Source: Anaerolineales bacterium
GTDB lineage: Bacteria; Chloroflexota; Anaerolineae; Anaerolineales; E44-bin32
Assembly (NCBI GenBank): GCA_035693825.1
Contig: DASSGB010000099.1
Coordinates: forward strand, 1 to 63,933
DNA: 63,933 bases
Reading direction: 5' to 3'
Positions 1 through 8,882 of this stretch are shown one piece after another; the stretch's first letter is position 1; each line of letters opens with the position of its first letter. The notes under the pieces are model-generated. The model did no database searches. It was not told where the DNA came from and saw only the letters and a program-made list of their open reading frames with translations. The position numbers and the translations under genes are program-made.

Positions 1-264
1 GGCACGAACCGTCAGCTCGAGGGCGGCCGTGGCGTTGCATACCGCCACCGCGTGCTCCACCCCCGCCAGATCCGCGACCTTGCGTTCGAACTCGCGGACG
101 TACGGTCCATCGTTGGTCAGCCAGCGACGTTCGAGGAGATCGTTGATCCGCTGGAACAACGCCTCGCGGTTGGGGATATTGGGCCGACCGACGAGCAACG
201 GGCGCTCAAACGCCGGCTCTCCGCCGAACAGGGCCAGATCGCGCAGATCCTTCTTGGCTTCCAC
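1..264 (-). CDS. DegT/DnrJ/EryC1/StrS-family sugar aminotransferase, N-terminal part (runs off window edge)
   Basis: Manual translation from GTG at 264: VEAKKDLRDLALFGGEPAFERPLLVGRPNIPNREALFQRINDLLERRWLTNDGPYVREFERKVADLAGVEHAVAVCNATAALELTVRA; the LTNxGPxVxEFE and AVAVCNAT motifs are typical of NDP-4-keto-6-deoxysugar aminotransferases. Not in the supplied ORF track. Confidence 0.85.
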   Translation of the reverse strand, partial: MEAKKDLRDLALFGGEPAFERPLLVGRPNIPNREALFQRINDLLERRWLTNDGPYVREFERKVADLAGVEHAVAVCNATAALELTVRA

Positions 265-302
265 GTCCTGGTTCCTGTGCCTTCGGGCGAGCCGGACGCT
301 CG

Positions 303-1559
303 TCAGGCGATCGAGGCGGTCACGTGCCCCAGGTTGCCCCGGGCACGGGTGAAGACCCATTCCAGCTGCCGGGCCGTGGAATCCCAACCATGGCGCTGTT
401 CGGCCTCGACCCGTGCGGCGCGTCCCAGGGAGGTGCGCAGTGACTCGTCGCGGGCCAGATGCAAGATGGCCTGGGCCAGCGCCTCTGAATCGCACGGCGG
501 CACGATCCAGGCGGTGCGGCCGTGGCGCAGAGTCTCGGGACGGCCGCCCTCACCCGAGGCGATGATCGCCAGCCCGGCCGCCTTGTAGTCGAAGAGCTTC
601 AGGCCCGAGAACTCCGTCCAGCCGCAATAGGGCGAGAGGCCGATGTCGGATTGAGCCAGCAGCGGGCCGAAGGCCTCGGGCAACAGGGCGCCGGTCAACT
701 CGACATCCGCCTGCAGGTCGGAAGCGGCGATCTGCCGTTCAATCTCTTCGCGGCCCGGGCCGGAGCCGACCAGCGAGAGACGAGCGGGAACACCTTGTTG
801 GCGCACGGAACGGAAAGCTCGAAGCAGGACTTCCACCCCGTGCCATGGAAGAAAGCCGCCCAGGTAGACCAATCGCAGGTCGGCGGCCTGGCCGGTGCGC
901 GGTTGATAGGCCCGCAAGTCTTCCCGGCGCAGGAGACGGACCAGAGACGTCCCGTTCTCGATCGTGGTGATTCGATTCGGGTCGTAATTCCAGCGCTGGA
1001 TGAACTGGTCCCGCCAGCCCTGACCGCTGGCGACCACCAAATCCATTCGACCGACGGCCAGGCGCATCATGGCCAACGCCAAAGTGAGCTGCAACCCGCG
1101 CGGCGCCATGCCTTTGGCCTCCAGGTCGTGCAGAGGGTCGCCGTTGTATTCGGCGATCAATGGCCGGCCGAGGAGGCGCGCCGCCAGGCCGCCGCCCAAC
1201 CCCATCCAGCTGAAACGTTCATAGAGCAGCTCGACTCCGTCGCACGCCTGGCGGCAGGCGAGGGCGAAACGAACGCTCTCGAACAGATTGGCGTAGGGCA
1301 GGCGCAATTCGCGCTGAAGCCGGCGGATGGCACGCTCCATCAGGCGCAGGGGCCCGGAATCCATCGCCGGCACCACCACCGGTCGAAACGTCACCAGGTC
1401 GTCCGTCATCCAGATCCGCCCGTCGAGGCGCACCACGAGGCGGACCTCGTGCCCCAGGCCCCTCAGTTCCCGGAAGACCTCACACGTGTGGATCGCCGGT
1501 CCGTCCAACGGAGGCTTCCGGAGCTCGGGCGATTGCTGCAGCAGAAATCCGATCTTCAC
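303..1559 (-). CDS. Glycosyltransferase family 4 (GT-B)
   Basis: YLGGFLPWHGVEVLL, GLKLFDYKAAGLAIIAS and ALAQAILHLARD motifs; GTG start overlaps the upstream stop. Confidence 0.88.
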   Translation of the reverse strand: MKIGFLLQQSPELRKPPLDGPAIHTCEVFRELRGLGHEVRLVVRLDGRIWMTDDLVTFRPVVVPAMDSGPLRLMERAIRRLQRELRLPYANLFESVRFALACRQACDGVELLYERFSWMGLGGGLAARLLGRPLIAEYNGDPLHDLEAKGMAPRGLQLTLALAMMRLAVGRMDLVVASGQGWRDQFIQRWNYDPNRITTIENGTSLVRLLRREDLRAYQPRTGQAADLRLVYLGGFLPWHGVEVLLRAFRSVRQQGVPARLSLVGSGPGREEIERQIAASDLQADVELTGALLPEAFGPLLAQSDIGLSPYCGWTEFSGLKLFDYKAAGLAIIASGEGGRPETLRHGRTAWIVPPCDSEALAQAILHLARDESLRTSLGRAARVEAEQRHGWDSTARQLEWVFTRARGNLGHVTASIA

Positions 1560-2566
1560 GCGGCCCTTCGCCCTTCGCGCCGGGCGGCCACATCTTCGAC
1601 CACCTCGCGGATTCGGACCTTGGTGCGATCGACATCGAAGCGAGCTTGCACGATCGCCAGCTGCCGGGAGCGCTTCTCGACGCGGGCCGGCCCATCCAGA
1701 TCGGCGTAGGCCAGGACTTTGGTGATGAAGTCGCGCTCACCGAAGAAGATGTCTTCGGACGGCAGTAGCTCGTCGGCCCCATCCCACGCGTGCGAGAGGG
1801 CGTAGCAGCCCGAAGCGATGGCTTCCATCGGCGCGACCTGCAGGCCCTCCGAATAGCTGTTCGAGATGAAGATGTCCATGCTCGGGTACCACTCTTCCGG
1901 CCGGGCTACTTTGCCATGGAAGGTGACGTTGTCGCTCAATCCCAGTCGATCGACCAAAGCGCGCAAGGCCTGCGGATACTCAGGGAAGCGCGGGTGGGGT
2001 CCGCCGCCGATGTGCAGATGGAATCCCGGGCGGCGACGCCGGAGCTCGTCGAAGGCCAGGATGAGCTCGTACACGCGTTTGCGCGGCGAGAGATGACACA
2101 GGATCCCCAGGGCCTTGCCGAAGGGGCGGCCGGCGGGTTGAAACTTCTTCAACGAAATCGCCTCGGGGATGACGACGATCTTGGCCGCCTGATCCGGGAA
2201 GCGCGCCGCAAACTCGCGCCGCTTGGCCTCGCTCACCAGGATGAGGCGGTCCACCGCTCCCCAACGAATGTCATCCGCCCACTGGTACAGCTCGTAGCGG
2301 TGCAGACGGGTGACGATCCCACACTGCTTTGAAAGTCGCGTGGCTTGCGCCAGGCGCTCGCTAGCCCATTCAAAGAAGACCACATCGTTCTGGCGCAAGA
2401 AGGTCTGAAGGTCCTGCTCCGCCAGAAACCGCGAGGTCCGCTCGCGAAAGACGGGCAGCCGGGGCTGGCGGGGCTCGAAAAGCCGCGTGGCGTGATGCGC
2501 CGACAGTTCCGCGTGAACTTCGGTGAAGAAGGCCCAGGTTTCCTCGTTGACGATGCCCAGTTTCAT
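1556..2566 (-). CDS. Glycosyltransferase family 4 (GT-B)
   Basis: LSPRKRVYEL and SYSEGLQVAPMEAIASG (Ex7E motif); start moved to ATG 2566 (MKLGIVNEETW). Confidence 0.85.
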   Translation of the reverse strand: MKLGIVNEETWAFFTEVHAELSAHHATRLFEPRQPRLPVFRERTSRFLAEQDLQTFLRQNDVVFFEWASERLAQATRLSKQCGIVTRLHRYELYQWADDIRWGAVDRLILVSEAKRREFAARFPDQAAKIVVIPEAISLKKFQPAGRPFGKALGILCHLSPRKRVYELILAFDELRRRRPGFHLHIGGGPHPRFPEYPQALRALVDRLGLSDNVTFHGKVARPEEWYPSMDIFISNSYSEGLQVAPMEAIASGCYALSHAWDGADELLPSEDIFFGERDFITKVLAYADLDGPARVEKRSRQLAIVQARFDVDRTKVRIREVVEDVAARREGRRAA

Positions 2567-2598
2567 GCCAGGTGATCGACCTTGTGTTTCCGCAGCTG

Positions 2599-4452
2599 TC
2601 AGTCGACGAATTGCCGATGCCACAGCTCGAGCGACAACAACGCTCCGAGGCGCACGGCGTGATCGGCCCCGGCCATGTGCTCCTGGACCAGCTGACGCAC
2701 GGCCCCGGGCTTGAAGTAACCCCGGTTCAGGTTGGCGGGGCTGAGCAGAGTCTCTTCCACCCAATCCCGAAGGACGGTCCGGAACCAGCCGTCGTAATCC
2801 TTGGCCGGACGAGAGTCCGGCCCAGCCAGGCGACCGAGGCCGACGCGCCGCAGATGCCAGCGTGCCCACGCGCCTCCGCGGACGAGGAGGTCGCGCGCGC
2901 ACGCCATCATCGGCACCCCCGAGGGGGTCACGGGGATCTGGGCGTAGCTAGGATAGGCCCGCACGAACGCCTGGATCATCACTTGCCGCCCCATACGCAG
3001 GCCCGGTGGTACGCGCAGGGAAAAGTCCATCAGTTCGTTGTCGGCATAAGGCAGACGGACCGCGGCGTATTGGCGCACCACTTCGACCCCGTTGATGGTC
3101 ATGCGCGGCACGCGTTGCGTGTAATCGATGTAGAGCCGTTGGTCGGAAAGCTGCGGGGAGCGAGAGGCGCGCATGGCGGCGCGGTAGTCATCCAGCAGGC
3201 CCTCCCCCACCCTCTTGCGGAAGGCATCGGTGAAGAGAGTCTGATGATCCGGGAGATCGAAGGTGAGGACGTTGTAGTCGCGGTAGGCCTCCAGGTGAAC
3301 GTGGAGCCGCGAGGCTTCGTCGTAATCGGCCCAATATCGCGGGCGCATGCCGAAACCGAACATGGCGTCGCCCAGGAAACCCTTGTAGAGCACCGGCGCC
3401 AGGCGGCGGCTGTCTTCCGCGACGGCGAGCCCGTGCAGGTTGACCAGGTTGCCCATGCCGTCCGTCAGGCGGACTCCGGTCTCGGCCAGGCTCCTCATCC
3501 AATCGGGGCGCAACGGCAGCGCATGGTGCGGGATGGCCGCCAGCCGCGCGACCTCCCCCGCGAAGCGCTCGTCATCGCACCCGGGGATGCCCCAGGTCAC
3601 GGCGGACAGATGTCCGTTACCCGGACCCTCGGCCATCGCCGCCAGGATGGCCCGCGAGTCCATGCCGCCGCTGAGCAGGATCGCCGCCTGCTGACCGTTG
3701 GGAGATTGCCGCCGGACTGCACGGCGGAAGATATCGATCAGCTCATCGCTGTAGGCGATGTCTTTGCGAATGGGATAGCTGGAAGGCGAGATCGGTTCCC
3801 AGTATTTCCGAATGGACACGCCGCCTTGACGGCAGACGAGCACCGACGCCTGGGGGAGAAGTCGGGCATCTTCGATCAGGGTGCGCTGCCCCAGCACGTG
3901 ATCGAAGGTCAGGAACTCCGCCATGGCGATGCGATCGATCCGTCGCGGCAGGCTGCGCTCCGCCAGCAAGCCGCGAACCCCGGAGGCGAAGAAGAAACCG
4001 CGCGAGGTGCTGGCATGGTAGACAGGGTAGAGACCCAGCCGGTCATTGGTCACGATGAGTTCGCGGCGGCGGAAGTCCCACAGCGCGACGATGAAGGCGC
4101 CGTTCAGACGCGAGGCGAACTCTTTGCCGTATTCCAGATAGAGATGCAGGGCGAGCTCGGCGTCGTCCTCGCTGCGCAGATCGTGGCCGCCGTCTCCAAG
4201 TGCTCGCCGCAGCTCAGCGGCGTCGAAGACTTCGCCCTCCATGAACAGGCATACCTTGCGGTCGTCGCTCCACACGGGCTGCGGTCCTGGGGAAAGAATG
4301 GCCAGGCTCACCCGTCCCAGCCCGAATCCCTCGCCGGAGTGCAACTCGCGTCGAAAACGCGGATCGGGCTCGAGGGCCGCGGCCATTTGCTCCAGCAGCT
4401 GGCCGGCGGCAGATGTCGAGCCGGGTTTGACGAAGCCAATGAGACCGGGCAT
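2599..4452 (-). CDS. Asparagine synthase-related amidotransferase (AsnB-like), lacking the N-terminal Cys
   Basis: LNGAF..ALWD, NDRLGLYPVY, LLSGGMDSR PP-loop, RLPYADNELMDF and C-terminal LSLELWHRQF; N-terminus is MPGLIG rather than MCG. Confidence 0.85.
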   Translation of the reverse strand: MPGLIGFVKPGSTSAAGQLLEQMAAALEPDPRFRRELHSGEGFGLGRVSLAILSPGPQPVWSDDRKVCLFMEGEVFDAAELRRALGDGGHDLRSEDDAELALHLYLEYGKEFASRLNGAFIVALWDFRRRELIVTNDRLGLYPVYHASTSRGFFFASGVRGLLAERSLPRRIDRIAMAEFLTFDHVLGQRTLIEDARLLPQASVLVCRQGGVSIRKYWEPISPSSYPIRKDIAYSDELIDIFRRAVRRQSPNGQQAAILLSGGMDSRAILAAMAEGPGNGHLSAVTWGIPGCDDERFAGEVARLAAIPHHALPLRPDWMRSLAETGVRLTDGMGNLVNLHGLAVAEDSRRLAPVLYKGFLGDAMFGFGMRPRYWADYDEASRLHVHLEAYRDYNVLTFDLPDHQTLFTDAFRKRVGEGLLDDYRAAMRASRSPQLSDQRLYIDYTQRVPRMTINGVEVVRQYAAVRLPYADNELMDFSLRVPPGLRMGRQVMIQAFVRAYPSYAQIPVTPSGVPMMACARDLLVRGGAWARWHLRRVGLGRLAGPDSRPAKDYDGWFRTVLRDWVEETLLSPANLNRGYFKPGAVRQLVQEHMAGADHAVRLGALLSLELWHRQFVD

Positions 4453-4459
4453 GGGAATT

Positions 4460-4494
4460 CAGTGGTCAGTGGTGAGGGGTGAGTGGTCAGTGGC
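4460..4494. repeat. Five tandem imperfect heptamers (CAGTGGT consensus)
   Basis: CAGTGGT CAGTGGT GAGGGGT GAGTGGT CAGTGGC in the halogenase/AsnB-like spacer. Confidence 0.75.
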
Positions 4495-4514
4495 CAATCA
4501 GAGCTGGCCGACGG

Positions 4515-5981
4515 CTATTGCGCTCGAGCCAGGCGAAGGTAGGGCTGGGTGGCGACGTACAGACCGTCGACGGCATCTTCCTGGTTCAGGGCAAACAACC
4601 CTTCGACAGAAGTGAAGAAACGTGCGTTGGCCGAGGCCGCCTGACGCCGGTCGCCCTCCAGCGACGCCAGGGCAACTTTGTCCCTGCGCAGGGACAGGTT
4701 CTCGTCGATGCGGCGAGTCATTTCCTCCAATACGAGATGATGCGCGCTCTCTTTGGTCACGTCGACGAGGTCTTTCACCCCGGTGACCAGATGGAGGAAG
4801 GCGTGCTTGAGATCGCCCGAAGAGGCATCCTGCTCGGTCAGCTGCTGCGCCTCCCAGAAATAGGACTCCTTCGTCCGACCCACGTCGTAGAAGGCGGACA
4901 GGAAGACCAGGAAACGCAGATAGGCCTGGCGATACGTCTTCTCGAAGAAGCCGGCCGCTTCGGCCTCGCCGACCTCGCCGCGGCGGATGCTGTTGATGCT
5001 GGCCGCCGCCAAGATGCCGCTGTACGTCGCCAGATGCACCCCGCTCGAGAGAAGCGGATCCAGGAAACAGGCCGAGTCACCCACCAGGAAGTACCCCGGC
5101 CCGCAGAACGAGGCTGCGGCATAGGAGTAGTCCTGTTCGGTATAGATGGGTGAGGCCAGCCGAGCTCGCTCGACGATGGCCTTGATCTTCGGCGCCTCTT
5201 CCAGCGCCCGACGGTAAATGACCTCCGTGCCACCGCCCCGCCGGGCGACGACGGTGTCCTTGTGCATGACGACTCCCACGCTCATCGTTCCGTCGTGGAG
5301 CGGGATCGCCCAGAACCATCCGTCGGGGATCGATTCGACGACGATGTCGCCTTCGCGACCGGTGAACAGGCGATCGGCGTCTTCCCAGTAGCCCCAGATG
5401 GCGACGTTCTGGAAGACCTTGTGGAAGCGCCGATTGTTGAGATAGCGGGTCGCCATGATTCCGGCCCGGCCGGAGGCGTCGATCAGGTACTCGAATTCGA
5501 TGCGGCCGGTGGCCCCTCGCCTGCCGTTGCCCTCGACGACGGATGCCCATGTGGCTGCCCGTGGGCGCTCGCCCTCGAACGCAATCTCCTGGACTTCAAC
5601 CTCCTCGAACACCTGCACTCCCTGGCTTCGGGCGTGCTCCAGCAGCTGCTGGTCGAAGTCCGAGCGGGTCACCTGAAAGGCATAGGTCGTGTTGCCGCTC
5701 AACTCACCGAAATCGAGCGACCATTGTTCCTTGCCCCATTGCAGATAGGCGCCCGGTTTCTTCTGGAAGCCAAAGGCCTCGACCTTCTCCCGCGCGCCTA
5801 GCAAGTCAAGAATCGGGAGGATGGTCGGCAGCAGGGATTCGCCGATGTGGTAACGCGGGAAGCGCGCCCGTTCCAAGAGTGTGACTTTCATGCCCAGGCG
5901 CGCCAGCATGGTGGCGGCTGTCGAGCCCGCAGGGCCTCCCCCGATCACAAGGATTTCGGTCGATGCCGGTACACGTTCCAT
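4515..5981 (-). CDS. Flavin-dependent halogenase (phenolic / carrier-protein substrate type)
   Basis: VIGGGPAGS FAD motif, FPRYHIGESLLP, GFQKKPG (candidate catalytic Lys), GWFWAIP (WxWxIP), VGDSACFLDPLLSSGVHLA; AGGAG RBS upstream of ATG 5981. Confidence 0.85.
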   Translation of the reverse strand: MERVPASTEILVIGGGPAGSTAATMLARLGMKVTLLERARFPRYHIGESLLPTILPILDLLGAREKVEAFGFQKKPGAYLQWGKEQWSLDFGELSGNTTYAFQVTRSDFDQQLLEHARSQGVQVFEEVEVQEIAFEGERPRAATWASVVEGNGRRGATGRIEFEYLIDASGRAGIMATRYLNNRRFHKVFQNVAIWGYWEDADRLFTGREGDIVVESIPDGWFWAIPLHDGTMSVGVVMHKDTVVARRGGGTEVIYRRALEEAPKIKAIVERARLASPIYTEQDYSYAAASFCGPGYFLVGDSACFLDPLLSSGVHLATYSGILAAASINSIRRGEVGEAEAAGFFEKTYRQAYLRFLVFLSAFYDVGRTKESYFWEAQQLTEQDASSGDLKHAFLHLVTGVKDLVDVTKESAHHLVLEEMTRRIDENLSLRRDKVALASLEGDRRQAASANARFFTSVEGLFALNQEDAVDGLYVATQPYLRLARAQ

Positions 5982-6089
5982 AAACACGTCTCCTAGGACC
6001 CGCCGGGCGCGGCCGCATTCGGAGCGTCTACGCGCCAGGAACAAGTCGATTCGTACAGGTTTGCGAAGGGAGGAAACCTGCTCTCGCCG

Positions 6090-7235
6090 TCAGCGAGGCT
6101 TGGCGGCCAAAAGGGTCGACCGCACCAGGATCGATGCCACGCCGCGCCGCGCGATCCAGCCTGGCTCACGGCAGAGCGCGCGCCACAGATATTCACGCGT
6201 GGGCGCGGCGTCGCCCCGCCGGTGGGCATCCAGGGCAAGGCGCAACGCGGCTTTGCTTACTTCGTGGCGCTGACGGCGGGCAAGCGCTTCAAATCCTGGA
6301 GGCAAGTTGGCGTAGATGTCTTCCAGAAGCGCGATCGGATCATGGGCCTTAGGCAGATCGGCCCATGCCGAGAACCGATCCGACAATGCATGCCCGCCGT
6401 TGTCCAGCAGGCCCGGTTGTCGCTCGACGGCCTGGCTCAAGAAACCTTTGGCGGCAGCGAACTCGCGCGCAAGGTAGCTGTTGGCCGCGGCCCGTAGATA
6501 GGCGTTGCTGTAGGCCGCGTCCCGCCGGCGTGTCCAGACTTCCGGCAGATCGGGATCGGTGAAGATCTTCTCCAGCACCGCCAGGTTGGCTTGAGTCATC
6601 TGGTTGCCGTCGCGAGTCATCTGGCGAGAGTGAAAGCGGTACAGGGAAACCGGCTGAGCGATCCAGCGCATCGGGCAGCCTGCCCGCGCCAACCGCAGCC
6701 AAAGGTCCCAGTCTTCATAGGAATGCAAGCTCTCGTCGAAGCCTCCCACGGTTTCCAACCATGAGCGCCGCAGGAGGACGCTGCCGACGTGCAGAGGATT
6801 CCCCAACAATAGATCGGCGCCATCCTCCGGCAGCCCGCGGTCGAAGAGCGTCCCGGCCGGTTGCCCGGCCTCGTCGATCGGGATGGCCTGACCGGCCGCC
6901 AACCCACCTTCAGGGGACATCTGCAGCGCATCCAGGAGAAGGGAAATCTTGTTCGGGAGAAAGAGATCGTCGGCATCCAGGAAGGTGATGAAGCGGCCCC
7001 AGGACCCGTCGATCCCGGCGTTGCGTGCCGCTGGTAGGCCGCGATTGTCCTGGGAGAGGATCCGGACGCGCCGATCGGTGAAACCGTGGGCGATGGCGGC
7101 CGTCTGATCGGTGGAGCCGTCATCGACGATGATCACCTCCAACTCGGCATGCGTCTGAGCGAGTGCGCTTTCGACGGCCGCCGCCAGGTACCTGTCCTGA
7201 TTGTAGGCCGGGACGATCACGCTGACCAACGACAT
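6090..7235 (-). CDS. Glycosyltransferase family 2 (GT-A)
   Basis: VSVIVPAYN, VDDGSTD, NRGLPAARNAG, FLDADD, YEDWDLWLRL. Confidence 0.92.
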   Translation of the reverse strand: MSLVSVIVPAYNQDRYLAAAVESALAQTHAELEVIIVDDGSTDQTAAIAHGFTDRRVRILSQDNRGLPAARNAGIDGSWGRFITFLDADDLFLPNKISLLLDALQMSPEGGLAAGQAIPIDEAGQPAGTLFDRGLPEDGADLLLGNPLHVGSVLLRRSWLETVGGFDESLHSYEDWDLWLRLARAGCPMRWIAQPVSLYRFHSRQMTRDGNQMTQANLAVLEKIFTDPDLPEVWTRRRDAAYSNAYLRAAANSYLAREFAAAKGFLSQAVERQPGLLDNGGHALSDRFSAWADLPKAHDPIALLEDIYANLPPGFEALARRQRHEVSKAALRLALDAHRRGDAAPTREYLWRALCREPGWIARRGVASILVRSTLLAAKPR

Positions 7236-8854
7236 CAGCTTTCGCCTCGCACCGGCACGGCCAGAATGATCCCGTCGTCCGTCACCTCGAGCGTCGCCTC
7301 GGGTAACACGACCCGCAACTCATCCAAAGAGATGGCGGAGCCATGGACCCCGTCGAAGACCACGACCATGCCGCCAGCAACCATAAGGTTCGCGGCCATC
7401 GCGTCGATCTCCGAGGTGTACTCCCCTCGCGGGATTCCCACCGATCGATCCACCTTGCGCGGCAACGGTCTGGCCACCTTCCCAGCGAGAAGGTAGATGG
7501 CTTCCGGCGAATTCGAATAGATGAGGGTGTCCGCCGGCAGTCCCCGAGCCACGCTCAGCGTCGGCGAGCTCGACCAGGCGCGCAGATGGAAGCCCAATCC
7601 GTCGACAGAAGCTCGAGCCACGTAGGCGCTTGTCCGGATGGCGGAAACCCCGACCACGACCGCGACCACCAGGCCGAGGCTCGCGGCCATGAGCCCGCTT
7701 GCCCGTTCTCCCCGAATCACAAGGATTCGCTGCATCGCCGGCGTGAATGGAGCCGCGACCAGAATCACCACTGCAATGAAGGCGGGCGACAGCAATCGGT
7801 CGTCCCAGGGAATGTTCGCATCGGCGAAGGAAGTAGCTGCCACCAGAACCAGTCCGTACGCGAGCAGAAACCACCATACCAGTCGAACCGCGCCCGGCAT
7901 CGCCCACGCGCGGGCTGAGGTCGTCGCATTCAGGCTCGCCGCGCCTCGAAACGCAAGTCGGTGCAGTGCCGCCAGCGCCACCCCGGCCAACGCCAGAATC
8001 GCCAACTTGGCTGGCCCGGGCCAGGAAGCAGGAACAAGAAGCCAGGAGGCCATCGTCCCGACCGCCTGTTGGAGTTGCTCCCGGCCCGGCAGGTGCAGGC
8101 GGAACACACGATTGGCCAGCGATCCGGTGAGCAGTCCAACGGATGCCAGCCAGGCGGTCAACGGTGTGATTCCGGCGAGACCGACCAGCGAGGCCCGCGA
8201 GATCTTGGCTTTCCACGTGCCTCTCCCCGAGAGGAGGGCCAAGATCGACGCCATCAGAAAGGCGACGCCTGCCAGGCGGGTGAGGCAAACCAGCGCCAGA
8301 AATGCGCCCGCTACCCACAGCTGCCAGGGCCGCTGCGTCTCGAGGAATTCAGTCACGAGGAGCAGAGCCGCAAAGCCCAGGAAGATGAAGAGACCTTCCG
8401 ACCAGGCCATGCTGTGGACGACCATGACGGCCGGGGAGGCGACGATCAGCGCCGCACCGGCCAGCGGTCCCCAGAAGCCGCCGAAGGGATTCATCCGTGC
8501 GATGTACACCGCAACCATCCCTGCGTTGGCGGCCAAGAGGACGGCCTGCAGCCACCGCGCTCCGTCCCCGACGGTGCCGGCCAGTATGCCGAAGACGGAC
8601 AGCACGGTGGGGTAGAACGGCGGGAACTGCGTGAGCGGCGCGCCTGGTACGGCGCCAAACGGGAGCGTCCAACCATGTCCATCCAGCAGGCTCTGAGCCG
8701 CGGCGAGGTACTTGACCGAATCGGGCGAGGCCCCGACCCCCCAGGCCGTCGCCGTCCACACGGCCGCGGCGCCGAGACCGGCCAGGCCGATTACGGCCGG
8801 AATCAGCGCGCGTGGCGCCAATCCCTGCCTGGCTACGGCTGCGACGGTCGACAT
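7235..8854 (-). CDS. Multi-pass membrane glycosyltransferase, GT-C fold (ArnT/PMT-like)
   Basis: About 11-13 hydrophobic segments; SPDS..Y and FPPFYP in the first external loop; WSEGLF and LTRLAG motifs. Start uncertain (ATG 8854 chosen). Confidence 0.65.
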   Translation of the reverse strand: MSTVAAVARQGLAPRALIPAVIGLAGLGAAAVWTATAWGVGASPDSVKYLAAAQSLLDGHGWTLPFGAVPGAPLTQFPPFYPTVLSVFGILAGTVGDGARWLQAVLLAANAGMVAVYIARMNPFGGFWGPLAGAALIVASPAVMVVHSMAWSEGLFIFLGFAALLLVTEFLETQRPWQLWVAGAFLALVCLTRLAGVAFLMASILALLSGRGTWKAKISRASLVGLAGITPLTAWLASVGLLTGSLANRVFRLHLPGREQLQQAVGTMASWLLVPASWPGPAKLAILALAGVALAALHRLAFRGAASLNATTSARAWAMPGAVRLVWWFLLAYGLVLVAATSFADANIPWDDRLLSPAFIAVVILVAAPFTPAMQRILVIRGERASGLMAASLGLVVAVVVGVSAIRTSAYVARASVDGLGFHLRAWSSSPTLSVARGLPADTLIYSNSPEAIYLLAGKVARPLPRKVDRSVGIPRGEYTSEIDAMAANLMVAGGMVVVFDGVHGSAISLDELRVVLPEATLEVTDDGIILAVPVRGES

Positions 8855-8882
8855 GGCGGCTACGAGCCTCTCCCCGGGCCCA

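Noticed and set aside
1556..2902. Long N-terminal extensions given in the ORF track (also 6044, 10295, 11137, 16064, 17566, 28214, 33501, 35532, 55465, 61754)
   Set aside because: They overlap neighbouring genes and are Arg/Pro/Gly-rich noise; downstream starts with an RBS or stop/start overlap were used instead.
2572..4482. 636-aa plus-strand ORF
   Set aside because: Antisense shadow of the AsnB-like gene; no motifs; long shadow ORFs are expected at this GC content.
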